A DNA stretch of 64,000 bases from Candidatus Bathyarchaeota archaeon (GCA_963833575.1 CAWHXY010000004.1:1088001-1152000), one strand, 5' to 3'. Counted from the first letter of the stretch, positions 31,181 to 41,846 are shown. Translations and numbers: made by a program. Notes: generated by a model from the sequence alone, not told the origin.

Positions 31181-31354
31181 ACCCCTAACCTGCAAATACA
31201 TCAAACCCCAAACCAAAAAAGCAACCCAAACCACAAAGAACAAAATTTGCCCGACAAATTTTTTCTAAGCGAGCTATCAGTCTGCCATTTTTAAGTAGAT
31301 ACTTCTGTTTAAGGGAGCTAAAATAAATTCTTCCTGTTTTAAGTGAGTCTTGAG

Positions 31355-31528
31355 CTATCTGCGCTTAGGCAGTGGCTTAACTTCAACATCTATCGGCAAC
31401 AATGAAAGTTTTCTACTGCATTTTGGACATTTTCCGCCATTTTCAGAAATAATTTCATCTGGAGGCTTAAGTTCATTGCCTTCGTATAATACGTGAGAGC
31501 ATCCGTGACAAATAACACGTTGTGGCAA
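31355..31528 (-). CDS. 57-aa Zn-ribbon microprotein (not in ORF track)
   Basis: TTG start after GAGGA; MPQRVICHGCSHVLYEGNELKPPDEIISENGGKCPKCSRKLSLLPIDVEVKPLPKRR with two CxxC. Confidence 0.78.
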   Translation of the reverse strand: MPQRVICHGCSHVLYEGNELKPPDEIISENGGKCPKCSRKLSLLPIDVEVKPLPKRR

Positions 31529-31677
31529 CCCAAATCCTCGTCTAATTACAGGTCATGGCATATTTATTGATTGCTTAAAAGTCAGCCAGTAACTGAACCA
31601 GAGTCTGCAAGGCTGCAACTGAATAAAGCTTATTTTAACAGGAAGATTATTTGGAGTGTTAAGTGTGATTCAAGGCT

Positions 31678-33753
31678 TTGGCAAAATACACCTTAATAAT
31701 AACTGAAAAACCTGACGCCGCAAATCGAATAGCCGACGCTTTGGACGAGAATGGACATGCCAAAAAAATGTTTGATAGCGGGGTTCCATTTTACCAAGCA
31801 TTTAGAAACGGAGAAATAGTTGTTGTTCCCGCTCTTGGACATTTATACACGGTGGCAAGCAAAGACAAAACCAAACGTGATTACCCAATTTTTGAATATC
31901 AATGGGTTCCACGCTATTTAGCTGAACGAGGAGCATCAAAGATTCGTACTTGGCTAAAAGTAATTGCTAAACTAGCAAGTGATGCCGAAAAATTTGTGGA
32001 CGCTTGCGACTTTGACATTGAAGGAAGCATAATTGGCTACTCCATCCTCAAATACGCTTGCGGCGGCAATGATGAGAATGCTAAACGAATGAAATATTCA
32101 ACACTCACAAAAGAGGAACTGCAAGAATCATACGCCAACCTTTTGCCTCATTTAGATTTTGCACTTATTGAAGCTGGATTAACAAGACATGAAGTAGATT
32201 GGCTCTACGGCATAAACTTATCCAGAGCCCTTACAACAGCTGTAAAAAATAGCAGTGGACAATACGCAACGCTCAGCACAGGAAGAGTGCAAGGACCAAC
32301 CCTCAAATTTTTGGAAGATCGCGAAAAAACCATAAAATGCTTTGTGCCTACTCCTTACTGGACCATAACTGCTAAAATAAAAATACATGACAAGTCTTTC
32401 GAAGTGGAATATGAAAAAATTCTCGAAAACAAGCAACAAGCAACCGAAATAGTAACTGCTTGCAAAACCAAGGAGGGCCTAATAGAGACAGTAACGGTTG
32501 AGGAATTTGAGCAGAATCCACCTGTGCCTTTTGACTTAGGTAAGCTTCAAAGTGAAGCATACAGAATCTTCCATTATTCACCCATACGTACTTCAAACAT
32601 CGCTCAACACCTTTACTTAAGCGCATTAATTTCCTATCCACGCACCAGCAGCCAAAAACTTCCCCCCACAATCGGCTACAAAACCATAATGAGAAAACTA
32701 AGTAAGATGGCAATGTACTCACAACTGGCAACAAAACTGCTTTCCAAATCCATGCTAAAGCCACATGAAGGTCAAAAAGTTGATTCAGCCCACCCTGCAA
32801 TTTACCCAACAGGAAATCAACCGGAAAAACCACTTGGCACTCCAGAAAAAAACATTTTTGATCTTATAGTCCTTAGGTTTCTAGCAGTATTCGGTGACCC
32901 GGCAATTCGCCAAAATGTTAAAGCCACAATAAGCCTTAATGGGCAACGTTTTCAGCTCAGCGGAACACGAACGTTAAGTGATGGGTGGCTTCAATTTTAC
33001 AAACCATACATTCAATTACAAGATGTTACTCTGCCAACTTTAGTTGAAGGGCAAAAAATTGATGTTAAAAAAGTATTATTGAAAGAAAACTTTTCTAAAC
33101 CTCCAGTACGATACAATCCGCGAAGTTTGCTTTTGAAAATGGAAAAAGAGGAAATAGGAACCAAAGCTACGCGGGGAGCAACCATACAAACGTTATTTGA
33201 CCGAAAATATCTTCATGGAGAAGACAATTTTGTCGTTTCTGCTCTAGGCTTTGAAGTTATCGAAATCTTGGCAAAATATTGTCCAAACGTTGTTTCTTCT
33301 CAATTAACTAGGAAGCTTGAATCAAAAATGAGTGAAATTCAACTGGGAAGAGAAACAAAACAAGCCGTACTACAAAACGCCATTGAAATATTAAATCCAG
33401 TCATAACAGAGCTTAAAGAAAAAGAATCAGTTATCGGTAGACAGCTAGATCAAGCGCTGAAAAAGGCTAACCAGGACGAAAGAGTAGTTGGAGCATGCCC
33501 AAAATGCATTGAAGGAAAACTAGTAATTTTGCGGTCGAAAAAAACTGGGAAACGCTTCGTAGGCTGCACAAACTATTTTCAACTCAAGTGCAACGTAACC
33601 TATCCCTTACCCCAAATTGGGTCAATAAAACCGTTAAGTAAGCCGTGCAAAACCTGTGGTTGTCCGACTGTGTACGTATTAACAAGGGGTAAGAAGCCTT
33701 GGAAATTATGCTTAGATCCTAATTGCCTCTCGAAAGGAGCCAAAATAAATTGA
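31678..33753 (+). CDS. topA: DNA topoisomerase I (type IA) with C-terminal Zn ribbons
   Basis: ITEKP, GHL, CDFDIEG TOPRIM, GRVQ, ISYPRT catalytic Tyr, GTKATR. Confidence 0.96.
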   Translation: MAKYTLIITEKPDAANRIADALDENGHAKKMFDSGVPFYQAFRNGEIVVVPALGHLYTVASKDKTKRDYPIFEYQWVPRYLAERGASKIRTWLKVIAKLASDAEKFVDACDFDIEGSIIGYSILKYACGGNDENAKRMKYSTLTKEELQESYANLLPHLDFALIEAGLTRHEVDWLYGINLSRALTTAVKNSSGQYATLSTGRVQGPTLKFLEDREKTIKCFVPTPYWTITAKIKIHDKSFEVEYEKILENKQQATEIVTACKTKEGLIETVTVEEFEQNPPVPFDLGKLQSEAYRIFHYSPIRTSNIAQHLYLSALISYPRTSSQKLPPTIGYKTIMRKLSKMAMYSQLATKLLSKSMLKPHEGQKVDSAHPAIYPTGNQPEKPLGTPEKNIFDLIVLRFLAVFGDPAIRQNVKATISLNGQRFQLSGTRTLSDGWLQFYKPYIQLQDVTLPTLVEGQKIDVKKVLLKENFSKPPVRYNPRSLLLKMEKEEIGTKATRGATIQTLFDRKYLHGEDNFVVSALGFEVIEILAKYCPNVVSSQLTRKLESKMSEIQLGRETKQAVLQNAIEILNPVITELKEKESVIGRQLDQALKKANQDERVVGACPKCIEGKLVILRSKKTGKRFVGCTNYFQLKCNVTYPLPQIGSIKPLSKPCKTCGCPTVYVLTRGKKPWKLCLDPNCLSKGAKIN

Positions 33754-33974
33754 AATGCAAACTTTGCAATAGAGAAGTAGAAGACAATGGTTTTTGTGTC
33801 TTACATCTAAAGGCTTATAATAATATTATAGAGAAATTCGTTTTTTGGAAGCAAGCATCTAATATTTCTTGGGCTGAATATTTAGTTGAGCTTCAGAAAA
33901 ATTCATTAACAGGAGAATGGGCTAAAGAAGTAATAAAAGACTTAATCGTGGAGCAGAAGGGAAATGTCAAATAA
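33750..33974 (+). CDS. Small Zn-binding hypothetical protein
   Basis: TTGA overlap with topA stop; CKLC...C..H motif. Confidence 0.65.
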   Translation: MKCKLCNREVEDNGFCVLHLKAYNNIIEKFVFWKQASNISWAEYLVELQKNSLTGEWAKEVIKDLIVEQKGNVK

Positions 33975-34389
33975 AATCAAGAAGAACTCATCGTCATTGT
34001 CTTATTCGCTGAGTCGATTGTTCCGCAATATCTCAACAAACGCACCTTCAATAACTATACTAACTGTAGCCGGACTTGCTTATGCCATATTTATTTTCGG
34101 TGGAGGATTGTATACACTAATTATGCGTCCAATTCCAGCTTACGTTAGCGGTAGCCAATTCTTTTTCGTGTATCCAGGTATAAGTCAACAATTCGTTTCC
34201 GATACTGTCGTTTCAGCGATATTGTATGCTCTTGGCTTCATCGGTCTGCTTATAATTTATCAAAGTTCAAAGAGCGCCTATAAACCCAGGCAAGCTTACA
34301 TGATGCTAGTCATAGGGGTAGCGCTCCTCTTCTTATCGTACATATTCCTGGAAGGCGTAATCAATTTCAAATCAACATATCGAGGTTAG
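33964..34389 (+). CDS. OSTC/DC2 (OST3/OST6 family)-like oligosaccharyltransferase accessory subunit
   Basis: Three TM; GGGLY...RP, QFVSD...SAILYALGFIGL, KPR..MMLVIG pattern parallels eukaryotic DC2. Confidence 0.6.
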   Translation: MSNKIKKNSSSLSYSLSRLFRNISTNAPSITILTVAGLAYAIFIFGGGLYTLIMRPIPAYVSGSQFFFVYPGISQQFVSDTVVSAILYALGFIGLLIIYQSSKSAYKPRQAYMMLVIGVALLFLSYIFLEGVINFKSTYRG

Positions 34390-34558
34390 ACCGCGGTCTA
34401 ATCTCTTAAAAATCCCTATTGGCATCCATTTGACAAGCGGTTTTTTGATTCGTTAGTATTTCTTACAATCACCCAACTTGGCTTACATAATTTGTTTTTC
34501 ACGTACTCGAGCGACGTGTTGCCTTTCAGGCTTTAAATCTGCTTTTTTAAAGTTTTGG

Positions 34559-35077
34559 TTACCAAGGGTTTCTTTTTAACTTCATTTTGTATGCCAAGTA
34601 ATTCGTGAATAGATGAATTGGTGGCGTTATCAGCAAAACTGTGACTGCCAACTCCCAGCTTATAATTGCCAAGGGAATCGAAAACACAATTGCCCCAACC
34701 ACAAAATCTACTTGATCGACAATCGGTAGCAATCCTCCAGGCGCAATACCCACTCTTCTCTTAATGAAAGCACCGGTTAAATCTCCCAAAAGTGCACCCA
34801 AAGGAATTAGCACACTAAACAATACTGGGTAATTTTGAAACCCAAAAACTAAGCCTTCGACTAACCCAACGCCTATACCAACAGCCCAACCGAAAAAAAA
34901 GCCCCTAAACGTTTTGTTATTGCCAAAAATACGTTTTCCATCATAAAAACTCCTTCCGAAATCCATTTTGGATCCACCTCCGGCAAGTACTGGGGTAGCG
35001 TTTGCGCAGTAGGCTGGAAATATGAATTTCAGTGCTGCAAAGATTAACAGTATTATGTCCATGAGGTTAACCATCAT
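34559..35077 (-). CDS. carS: CDP-archaeol synthase (DUF46)
   Basis: PAYCANATP, DGKRIFGNNKTFRG, GDL.GAFIKRR, DQVDF. Confidence 0.92.
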   Translation of the reverse strand: MMVNLMDIILLIFAALKFIFPAYCANATPVLAGGGSKMDFGRSFYDGKRIFGNNKTFRGFFFGWAVGIGVGLVEGLVFGFQNYPVLFSVLIPLGALLGDLTGAFIKRRVGIAPGGLLPIVDQVDFVVGAIVFSIPLAIISWELAVTVLLITPPIHLFTNYLAYKMKLKRNPW

Positions 35078-35775
35078 TCGTGGAATTCAGCATCAGATAT
35101 TCCTGTTTCGCCTATTTGTACATAACAGGTAGTTTCCTTCGGGTTTTTACGTGTTTGCTCAAGAACTACTTTAAGATTTTGAGGGTAAGTGGTAGGTTTC
35201 ATCGAAATTATTGTATCAGCCCAGAATTTTAATACTCTAGTTGCAACTGGGGCAACAGAACTACTATTTTCGCTGTCAAAAACTGCTCGGACTTGGCTTG
35301 TTATTATAACTGGGATTTTACAGATTTTTGTTGTTTGCGCTAAAATAGCTAGTTGCCGATTTAACTCGCGATTAACGCTAAACGTTTTTCCAGCTGTCTC
35401 AGCGACTCTGGCTCCATACAACGATGTGAAAGTGTCAATTATGATTAAGCCAAAGTTTTTAGCTGTATATTCTTGAATACGATCTATAATTGCCGTTTGT
35501 TCTTTGAAATCTTTTGGTTTGATCAAGATAATTTGCTCAGCAACTTGGTCGAATTTGTCTCCTGAAAGTTGTGAGAGTCTTTTACTTGAAAAAGTATTGT
35601 CACAATCGACAAAAAGGGTTTTATAGTTTTGTAATCCGCAATTGAGGGCGCATTGGATGGATAGCGTTGTTTTTCCAGTTTCGGGTTCACCATAAATTAA
35701 GCTAATGCTTTCTGGTGAAATGCCTCCGCCGATATTGCTATCAATGCCTCTGCAGCCTGTGCTGATTTTAATCAA
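35074..35775 (-). CDS. RadB-like RecA-family ATPase
   Basis: ISTG...D, GEPETGKT, IIIDT, TSQV; lacks RadA N-terminal HhH. Confidence 0.8.
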   Translation of the reverse strand: MIKISTGCRGIDSNIGGGISPESISLIYGEPETGKTTLSIQCALNCGLQNYKTLFVDCDNTFSSKRLSQLSGDKFDQVAEQIILIKPKDFKEQTAIIDRIQEYTAKNFGLIIIDTFTSLYGARVAETAGKTFSVNRELNRQLAILAQTTKICKIPVIITSQVRAVFDSENSSSVAPVATRVLKFWADTIISMKPTTYPQNLKVVLEQTRKNPKETTCYVQIGETGISDAEFHE

Positions 35776-35853
35776 GGTTTCTCACGTCAACATTATAAAC
35801 TTGAACCTAGTAATGTTTTTGCACTTAAACGTATACTAGTAAGGTTTGATTTA

Positions 35854-36507
35854 GTGGAAGAAAAAGTTGCAGTCGCAACGGTAGAGGGAAAAGCTTACTT
35901 TCTAATTGTTAATAAGCTGAGAGAACGAAGTATCCCATTTTTAAGTTTGGTTCCAGGCGATCATGTGGCTGCTGAAGTTAAAGTTGTTGTCACAACTGAG
36001 ACGGAGAAGCATTTAATCATACATTCCAGGAAAATAACCTTCCCCGGTGAGCATGGGTTGGATACTTTAATTGACGAAGTTGAGAAAATACTTCAAGGAA
36101 AAGAAGCATATGCAAAAATAATCGTCGGCATTGACCCAGGGGAAGCAATTGGGTTGGTAGCAATCGCTGACGGAAAAGTCATCGAAGAAAATAACTGTTT
36201 CAACAAAAAAGAGGTAATTGACACAGTAAGCAAGATAGTAAGAAACGTTAATTTTTCTGTGACAACTGTTTTGGTCAAAATTGGGAACGGTGTTCCAGTT
36301 CACAAAGATTTACTTGAAGCACTAGATGAAGCATTACCGCCAAAAATTGAACTAGAAGTTGTAAATGAAGCAGGAACAAATATTCCATTAAAAGAGAATA
36401 AACGTAGTCGAGGAATCAGACATATTTCTTCAGCGAAAAGGATCGCTGGAAGAACGGGGTATATTTTTTCAAGGAGAAAGAGAATTGCAACAAACAGTCG
36501 AATCTAA
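35854..36507 (+). CDS. Hypothetical protein with RNase H-like (YqgF/DUF460-like) domain
   Basis: IIVGIDPG..IGLVAI, KIGNG, VNEAGT motifs. Confidence 0.6.
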   Translation: MEEKVAVATVEGKAYFLIVNKLRERSIPFLSLVPGDHVAAEVKVVVTTETEKHLIIHSRKITFPGEHGLDTLIDEVEKILQGKEAYAKIIVGIDPGEAIGLVAIADGKVIEENNCFNKKEVIDTVSKIVRNVNFSVTTVLVKIGNGVPVHKDLLEALDEALPPKIELEVVNEAGTNIPLKENKRSRGIRHISSAKRIAGRTGYIFSRRKRIATNSRI

Positions 36508-37576
36508 TAACACATTGCTGGTTGATGGTCCGGCATCAGTCCAAGTTGTTTTTGGGAAAGTTGAAGTGTTCGGTTTTCAAATAAAGATAGAGTCAAGAAT
36601 TGTTGTTCGTGAAGCTAAGCGTCTGCCATTCTTTGTACGTGAAAAAGCAGTTTTTGACATTTCATTAGGAGTTAACGCAAGTATAGACAAAGTTGCAGGC
36701 AGAAGTACAATCCCGCAATCTTGGAACAAACCTATTGAAACAATTCTAAGCGCCCAAAAAAAACCATTAGTTATTTTAATTTTGGGTAAAGCTGATTCGG
36801 GGAAAAGCAGTTATTGCACTTACTTAGTAAATAAGTTGGTTAACGAAAAATGTAGAGTTGCTGTTTTAGATGGCGATTTAGGTCAATCAGATATTGGTCC
36901 TTCGGGTACCGTTGGTTACGCCATAACTTCCAAACCTGTATCGGATTTGTATAATTTGAAGTTGGAGAATGCTTCTTTTGTAGGCGTTACGTCGCCGATA
37001 TTGGCAATGAAAAGCGTGATTGAAGCGTTAACTGCAATGAAGGCTCAGATTTTAGAACAAGCGATTGATTTTGTAGTTGTCAACACCGATGGTTGGGTCG
37101 CAGGTGATGTTGCGGTGAGATATAAGATCGAATTAATTAACGAAATGAAGGCCGATCTCATAGTCGGTGTCCCGCTAGAAAATGAACTTGAGCCATTAAT
37201 CGCTAATATAGAAGGAACTCCAATAATTCTAGTTGAGCCATCCTCTTCACTCAACCCAAGAAATCCAGAAAAACGTAAAACCCTAAGGGACATGACCTAC
37301 ACAAGATATCTCAAAGACGCCAAACTGCAATGTTACCCTCTGAGTCAGTTAGTAATTGAACCAAGAGCTTCGCTTCCAAAGAACCAAGAACCAGAAAAAG
37401 GACTGCTTGTCGGGCTATACGCTTTAAAGAACGAATTTTTAGGCATTGGTGTGTTACGTGAGATTAACCAAGTGCGAAAAGTCCTAAAAGTTCAGACTGC
37501 AGTTTCAGCTAAACCGCAGAGGATCGTTTTTGGAAAAGTTTTTTTGAACATGAAGTTGCATGAAATTCAAGATTGA
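36485..37576 (+). CDS. Clp1/Nol9-family polynucleotide 5'-kinase
   Basis: GKADSGKS, DGDLGQSDIGP, VNTDGW, R..EKRK.LR. Confidence 0.88.
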   Translation: MQQTVESNNTLLVDGPASVQVVFGKVEVFGFQIKIESRIVVREAKRLPFFVREKAVFDISLGVNASIDKVAGRSTIPQSWNKPIETILSAQKKPLVILILGKADSGKSSYCTYLVNKLVNEKCRVAVLDGDLGQSDIGPSGTVGYAITSKPVSDLYNLKLENASFVGVTSPILAMKSVIEALTAMKAQILEQAIDFVVVNTDGWVAGDVAVRYKIELINEMKADLIVGVPLENELEPLIANIEGTPIILVEPSSSLNPRNPEKRKTLRDMTYTRYLKDAKLQCYPLSQLVIEPRASLPKNQEPEKGLLVGLYALKNEFLGIGVLREINQVRKVLKVQTAVSAKPQRIVFGKVFLNMKLHEIQD

Positions 37577-39501
37577 TTTCTGAAGAAATTCTTGATTTCA
37601 TTGCCTAAGGCATTTCTTTCGTTCGGCAACGTTTTCATCCCATTGGTTATCCATGGAGGTAGGAAGCTTCGACAATAGCTTGTCGAGAAACGATAGTCCA
37701 AGAAAATTATGGCACCTCGATCATCAAGAGTCCTTATAGGTCTCCCTGCTGCCTGTGAAGCTTTTTTCATAGCTGGCAGCATATAACCATATTCTCTTCC
37801 AAGCCCGGGAAAACATTTATCGTAATAATCAATCTGAGCTTTCACCCTTGGTGTCGGCTCCGCATAAGGTACGCCTAACACTATTACAGAATTCATTTGG
37901 TTGCCTGGAAAATCCACGCCTTCCGAGGTTCTTCCCCCTTGAACACCGAGAAAAACAGCGCCGCCTCGACCACCAAACGCCTTGAAGTCGGAGACCATTT
38001 TCTCATTCGCTTTCGAAGTCATGCCTCTCCGTTCATGAAATAGGGGTTTTTGTAAAGAATTCTCTAAACCTTCTGAGAGAAGCGCGTTCAATACTTCGAA
38101 TGAAGCAGTGAAAATTCCAGTGTTGGTTGGGGTATTCTCTGAAACCTCGTTTATCCGTTGAATCATCGTTTGGTACATTGCCGGGGTTCTTTTTTCCATC
38201 GCGGTGGTAACTCCTAAACAAACAGCTGAGAACACATGTTCTTTTGGAAATGGCGAGGATACAATACATTTTACGGTGTTTTGTGGAAGTTTTGTGATTC
38301 GTGCGTAGGCTTCCAGAGGCTGGAGGGTGCCAGACATTATAACGTTGGAGTAGGTTGATGCGAATACGGGCTCTGTGATTTTCGAGGGATCCAATGCTAC
38401 TATCTGGAGTTTTGTCGTCTTATTTTTTTCTTTGTTTAGATATCGGCTTGCAACGTTTATGAATGAGTTGTCGCCTAATGTGTCGACCCATTTGAGTAGA
38501 AAATCTCCCATCGCGTGGATATAGGACCTTGGATTCTTTCCTTCTGCTAGCAAACTTTTCTTAATGGCGCCGCCTGCTTCATGTAGACTTTCAAAAAACT
38601 CCCGGGGATTAGAGATGTTACCGTGCTTTTGAATGATTTCAATAATTCGATCCGGAGAAATTATCTCTTCCCTATAAACGTGGTCAGTTAATTTTTCAAC
38701 TTCAGTTCTAAAAAATTGTGCAAAAGCTTCAATGTCCTTGTTGCCGAACCTGTTAGCTTCTAATTCTGCCTGTTTCATTACAAAAAGCGATAAGGTGCTG
38801 CCTGAGATGTCAACAGCTGTTTCGGGTAAGTTATGCGCCTCGTCAACGATTAAAATTACTTTTTGAAGTTCTGTCTCTATGTTTTTTAGAAAAGCATTTC
38901 GAATTACGGGGTCAAAAACGTAAAGGTAGCTTAAGGCTACTACTCTAGCGTCAGATAGAGCGGATTTTACGAGTTCATATGGACAAATTTCTTTTTTTCT
39001 GCAGATTGATAGGATTTCGGATGCCATATACGGTCGAACTGCAACTTGTTGTTGAAGTTGAATATACTCGTATGTTCGTTCATCAACATGAGTGTAGTAA
39101 GGGCATCTGCTTTTTGCCTTCAGTAATTCGCAAACTTCCATTAACGATTTTGAGTCAAAAGCGCCTCTAGCAGCAAAAACGTTAAGGCACATTTCATTGC
39201 GTCCGCGAATTGAAACTCCTGTAACCGGTTGCTGTCTGTGAATGGCTTTTAATTCTTCTATTACTCGGTCATGTTGCCTATGGGTTCGGGCCACGTAGAG
39301 TATCTTCAAATTTTTCTCCATAGCTACCGGTAAACAAGCAGAGAGAGCCGAGATAGTTTTTCCTAAACCGTTGCTTCCTTCGATGAGGACTGAACGTCTC
39401 TCACGAACAGCGTTATAAACTGTTGAGATAAATTCGTCTTGATGTGGACGTACGTTTGAATAGGGGAAATACTTTGTAACTGCTGATGGTAACTTACTCA
39501 T
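37567..39501 (-). CDS. xpd: XPD/Rad3-family Fe-S DNA helicase
   Basis: RPHQ Q-motif, GSNGLGKT, four Fe-S Cys, DEAHN, SGTL, SEGVDF, QAAGRPIR. Confidence 0.92.
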   Translation of the reverse strand: MSKLPSAVTKYFPYSNVRPHQDEFISTVYNAVRERRSVLIEGSNGLGKTISALSACLPVAMEKNLKILYVARTHRQHDRVIEELKAIHRQQPVTGVSIRGRNEMCLNVFAARGAFDSKSLMEVCELLKAKSRCPYYTHVDERTYEYIQLQQQVAVRPYMASEILSICRKKEICPYELVKSALSDARVVALSYLYVFDPVIRNAFLKNIETELQKVILIVDEAHNLPETAVDISGSTLSLFVMKQAELEANRFGNKDIEAFAQFFRTEVEKLTDHVYREEIISPDRIIEIIQKHGNISNPREFFESLHEAGGAIKKSLLAEGKNPRSYIHAMGDFLLKWVDTLGDNSFINVASRYLNKEKNKTTKLQIVALDPSKITEPVFASTYSNVIMSGTLQPLEAYARITKLPQNTVKCIVSSPFPKEHVFSAVCLGVTTAMEKRTPAMYQTMIQRINEVSENTPTNTGIFTASFEVLNALLSEGLENSLQKPLFHERRGMTSKANEKMVSDFKAFGGRGGAVFLGVQGGRTSEGVDFPGNQMNSVIVLGVPYAEPTPRVKAQIDYYDKCFPGLGREYGYMLPAMKKASQAAGRPIRTLDDRGAIIFLDYRFSTSYCRSFLPPWITNGMKTLPNERNALGNEIKNFFRNQS

Positions 39502-40168
39502 AATTTTCCCCTGAACTCCTTGATGGACAATAAATATTCACTGGGCACTCATGACATTTTGGATGTCTGGCTTTGCAGTATTTTCTGCCGTGTGCAATTA
39601 ATAGCAAATGGACTTTTAAGTAATCTTTCTGGTCAAATAATGATTGAAGCCTAAAGCGAACAATATCATAATCGCCGTTTGTGGATACCCAACCGAGCCG
39701 TTTCGATATCCGATTCACATGTGTATCAACTGGAATAGTGGGTTGGTCCGCTGAGAAAAGCAACACAACATCTGCTGTTTTTGGGCCAATTCCAGGCAAT
39801 TTAGTCAGAGTCTTTCTTGCATCATTCAAAGGCAAAGACAAAATTGTTTCCAGGGAACCGCCAAATTTTTCCAGAATAATTTTTGATATATTCTTTATTG
39901 TTTTGGCTTTGTTTTTATATAGTCCACCAACATGAAGGCAATCCTCAATCTTGCTTGTTTCCGCTTCTGATAATGTTGGAGGTGTTATCTCGAACTTGTC
40001 CGAGAGGTTTTTGAAGGCTCGCTCAGTGTTGTTGTCATTGGTGTTTTGTGAAATAATTGTAATGATTAAGGTTTCAAATGGGTCGTTTTTTGGTTTTACC
40101 AACTTAGGCAAGGCCAGACTTTTACATAATATTTGCAAGATTTCTAAAGCGTTAATCTGGACCGACAC
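39494..40168 (-). CDS. nth: Endonuclease III
   Basis: ISQNTND, LPGIGPKTA HhH, VDTHV, C-x6-C-x2-C-x5-C. Confidence 0.92.
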   Translation of the reverse strand: MSVQINALEILQILCKSLALPKLVKPKNDPFETLIITIISQNTNDNNTERAFKNLSDKFEITPPTLSEAETSKIEDCLHVGGLYKNKAKTIKNISKIILEKFGGSLETILSLPLNDARKTLTKLPGIGPKTADVVLLFSADQPTIPVDTHVNRISKRLGWVSTNGDYDIVRFRLQSLFDQKDYLKVHLLLIAHGRKYCKARHPKCHECPVNIYCPSRSSGENYE

Positions 40169-40395
40169 TTTTCGCCTTCACCGTATGGAAAATATTTGCC
40201 ACAGTATTGATGTGCCAAGTTATAAATATCATATATGTGCAAAAACGCAGATTTGTTATGCACAAAGTGACATTGAATAAATCGTAATCCTTGAAACGTT
40301 TTAGAAATGAAGTATTAAATCAAGAGGAAAGGTTTTTAGTGTAGTTATTATATGAGACTGTGAAAAGTGTATAGTGGAAAATTGAGGTTAACATT

Positions 40396-41124
40396 ATGTC
40401 AGTGTTTGCAGCCCCAGGAGCTTATGACCGTGCAATAACCGTTTTCTCACCTGATGGAAGGCTTTTCCAAGTTGAATACGCTATGGAATTAGTGAATCGT
40501 GGAGCCACCATTTTAGGTATCCAATCTCCAGAAGGTTTAGTGCTTGGTTCAGAAGAAAATATTGAAGTCCTTGAAGAAGCAGGTTACTCGTGGAAAATCT
40601 TCAGGGTAGATGACCATATTGGTGCAGCCATAGTTGGTTTAAGTTCAGACGCCCGAATACTCATTGATCAAGCAAGAATATACGCTCAAAGTAACAAACT
40701 AACTTACGATGAACCCATAGATGTAGAAGTAGTAACTAAACGTATCTGCGACATCCAGCAAATGTATACACAGCATGCAGGTGTTAGACCCTTCGGTGTT
40801 TCAATAATTTTCGGGGGCGTAGACAAAACTGGAACAAGAGTTTTCGGTACACATCCCAGCGGAACATATAGAGGATACAAAGCCACAGCATTAGGTGCAG
40901 GAAGAGAAACGGTTCTGTCAATCCTGAAGGAAGAATACAACGAAGACCTAACTTTAAACAAAAGCATCAAACTCGCAGTAAAATGCCTTGTGAAAGCCTT
41001 GGAAGCAAGACAGTTGCCGCCAAGAATAAAAATCGCAGTCATACCTGTAGCAACCAAGAAACTAGAAATGTTAAGCGATGAAACCGTAGAAGGCTACATC
41101 AAAGAGCTGGGTTCAAGCAAGTGA
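40396..41124 (+). CDS. psmA: Proteasome alpha subunit
   Basis: [26 protein letters not shown]. Confidence 0.97.
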   Translation: MSVFAAPGAYDRAITVFSPDGRLFQVEYAMELVNRGATILGIQSPEGLVLGSEENIEVLEEAGYSWKIFRVDDHIGAAIVGLSSDARILIDQARIYAQSNKLTYDEPIDVEVVTKRICDIQQMYTQHAGVRPFGVSIIFGGVDKTGTRVFGTHPSGTYRGYKATALGAGRETVLSILKEEYNEDLTLNKSIKLAVKCLVKALEARQLPPRIKIAVIPVATKKLEMLSDETVEGYIKELGSSK

Positions 41125-41131
41125 AAATTCG

Positions 41132-41821
41132 ATGAGTGAAAAGTTCACCGTCGCACGCTTAACTAAAGAAAATGAACATTTCGAAATTCTGGTAAAACCC
41201 CAAAAAGCATTAGACTATCGAAACGGCAAAATCGCGGGGATTTCGGAAGTTTTGGCTGCTGAAATAATCTTTTCAGACGCAAACAAAGGTACTAAAGTTT
41301 CCGAAGAGGCAATGCATAAAGCCTTCGGAACAACGGACTCACTAAAAATTGCGGACTCAATCCTGAAAAAAGGAACACTCCAACTTACCACTGAGCAAAG
41401 ACGCAAAATGGTTGAAGACAAAAGAAGACAAATAATTGATTTTATTTCAAGGCAAGCCGTTGACCCGAAAACAAATCTGCCACATCCTCCACTTCGCATA
41501 GAGAATGCGATGGAGCAAATTCGGTACCCTATTGATCCCTATAAGCCAGTGGAAGAACAAGCAAAAGACATAGTGAAACTGTTGCGGCCAATTTTGCCCT
41601 TAAAGATAGAGCAAGTGACAGTCGCGGTGAAGATCCCTGCTCAATACTCAGCAAGAGCTTACGGAACAGTTAAAACTTTGGGCACTATTAAACGTGAGGA
41701 ATGGCGTGGAGACGGTTCATGGTATGGCGAAATAGAGTTGCCTGCTGGATCATACGCCTCGTTGCTAAACAAACTTGGCGACGCAACTAAAGGAAATGGA
41801 GAAGCAAAAATAATCTCTTAA
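41132..41821 (+). CDS. Ribosome maturation factor SBDS/Sdo1
   Basis: [26 protein letters not shown]. Confidence 0.95.
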   Translation: MSEKFTVARLTKENEHFEILVKPQKALDYRNGKIAGISEVLAAEIIFSDANKGTKVSEEAMHKAFGTTDSLKIADSILKKGTLQLTTEQRRKMVEDKRRQIIDFISRQAVDPKTNLPHPPLRIENAMEQIRYPIDPYKPVEEQAKDIVKLLRPILPLKIEQVTVAVKIPAQYSARAYGTVKTLGTIKREEWRGDGSWYGEIELPAGSYASLLNKLGDATKGNGEAKIIS

Positions 41822-41846
41822 AAAATAAAATTGGATGGTGAAATTA

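Noticed and set aside
31190-31198. CTGCAAATA next to both 10-bp arrays (also 44572-44580)
   Set aside because: Only 9 bp and on opposite sides of the two arrays; chance is likely.
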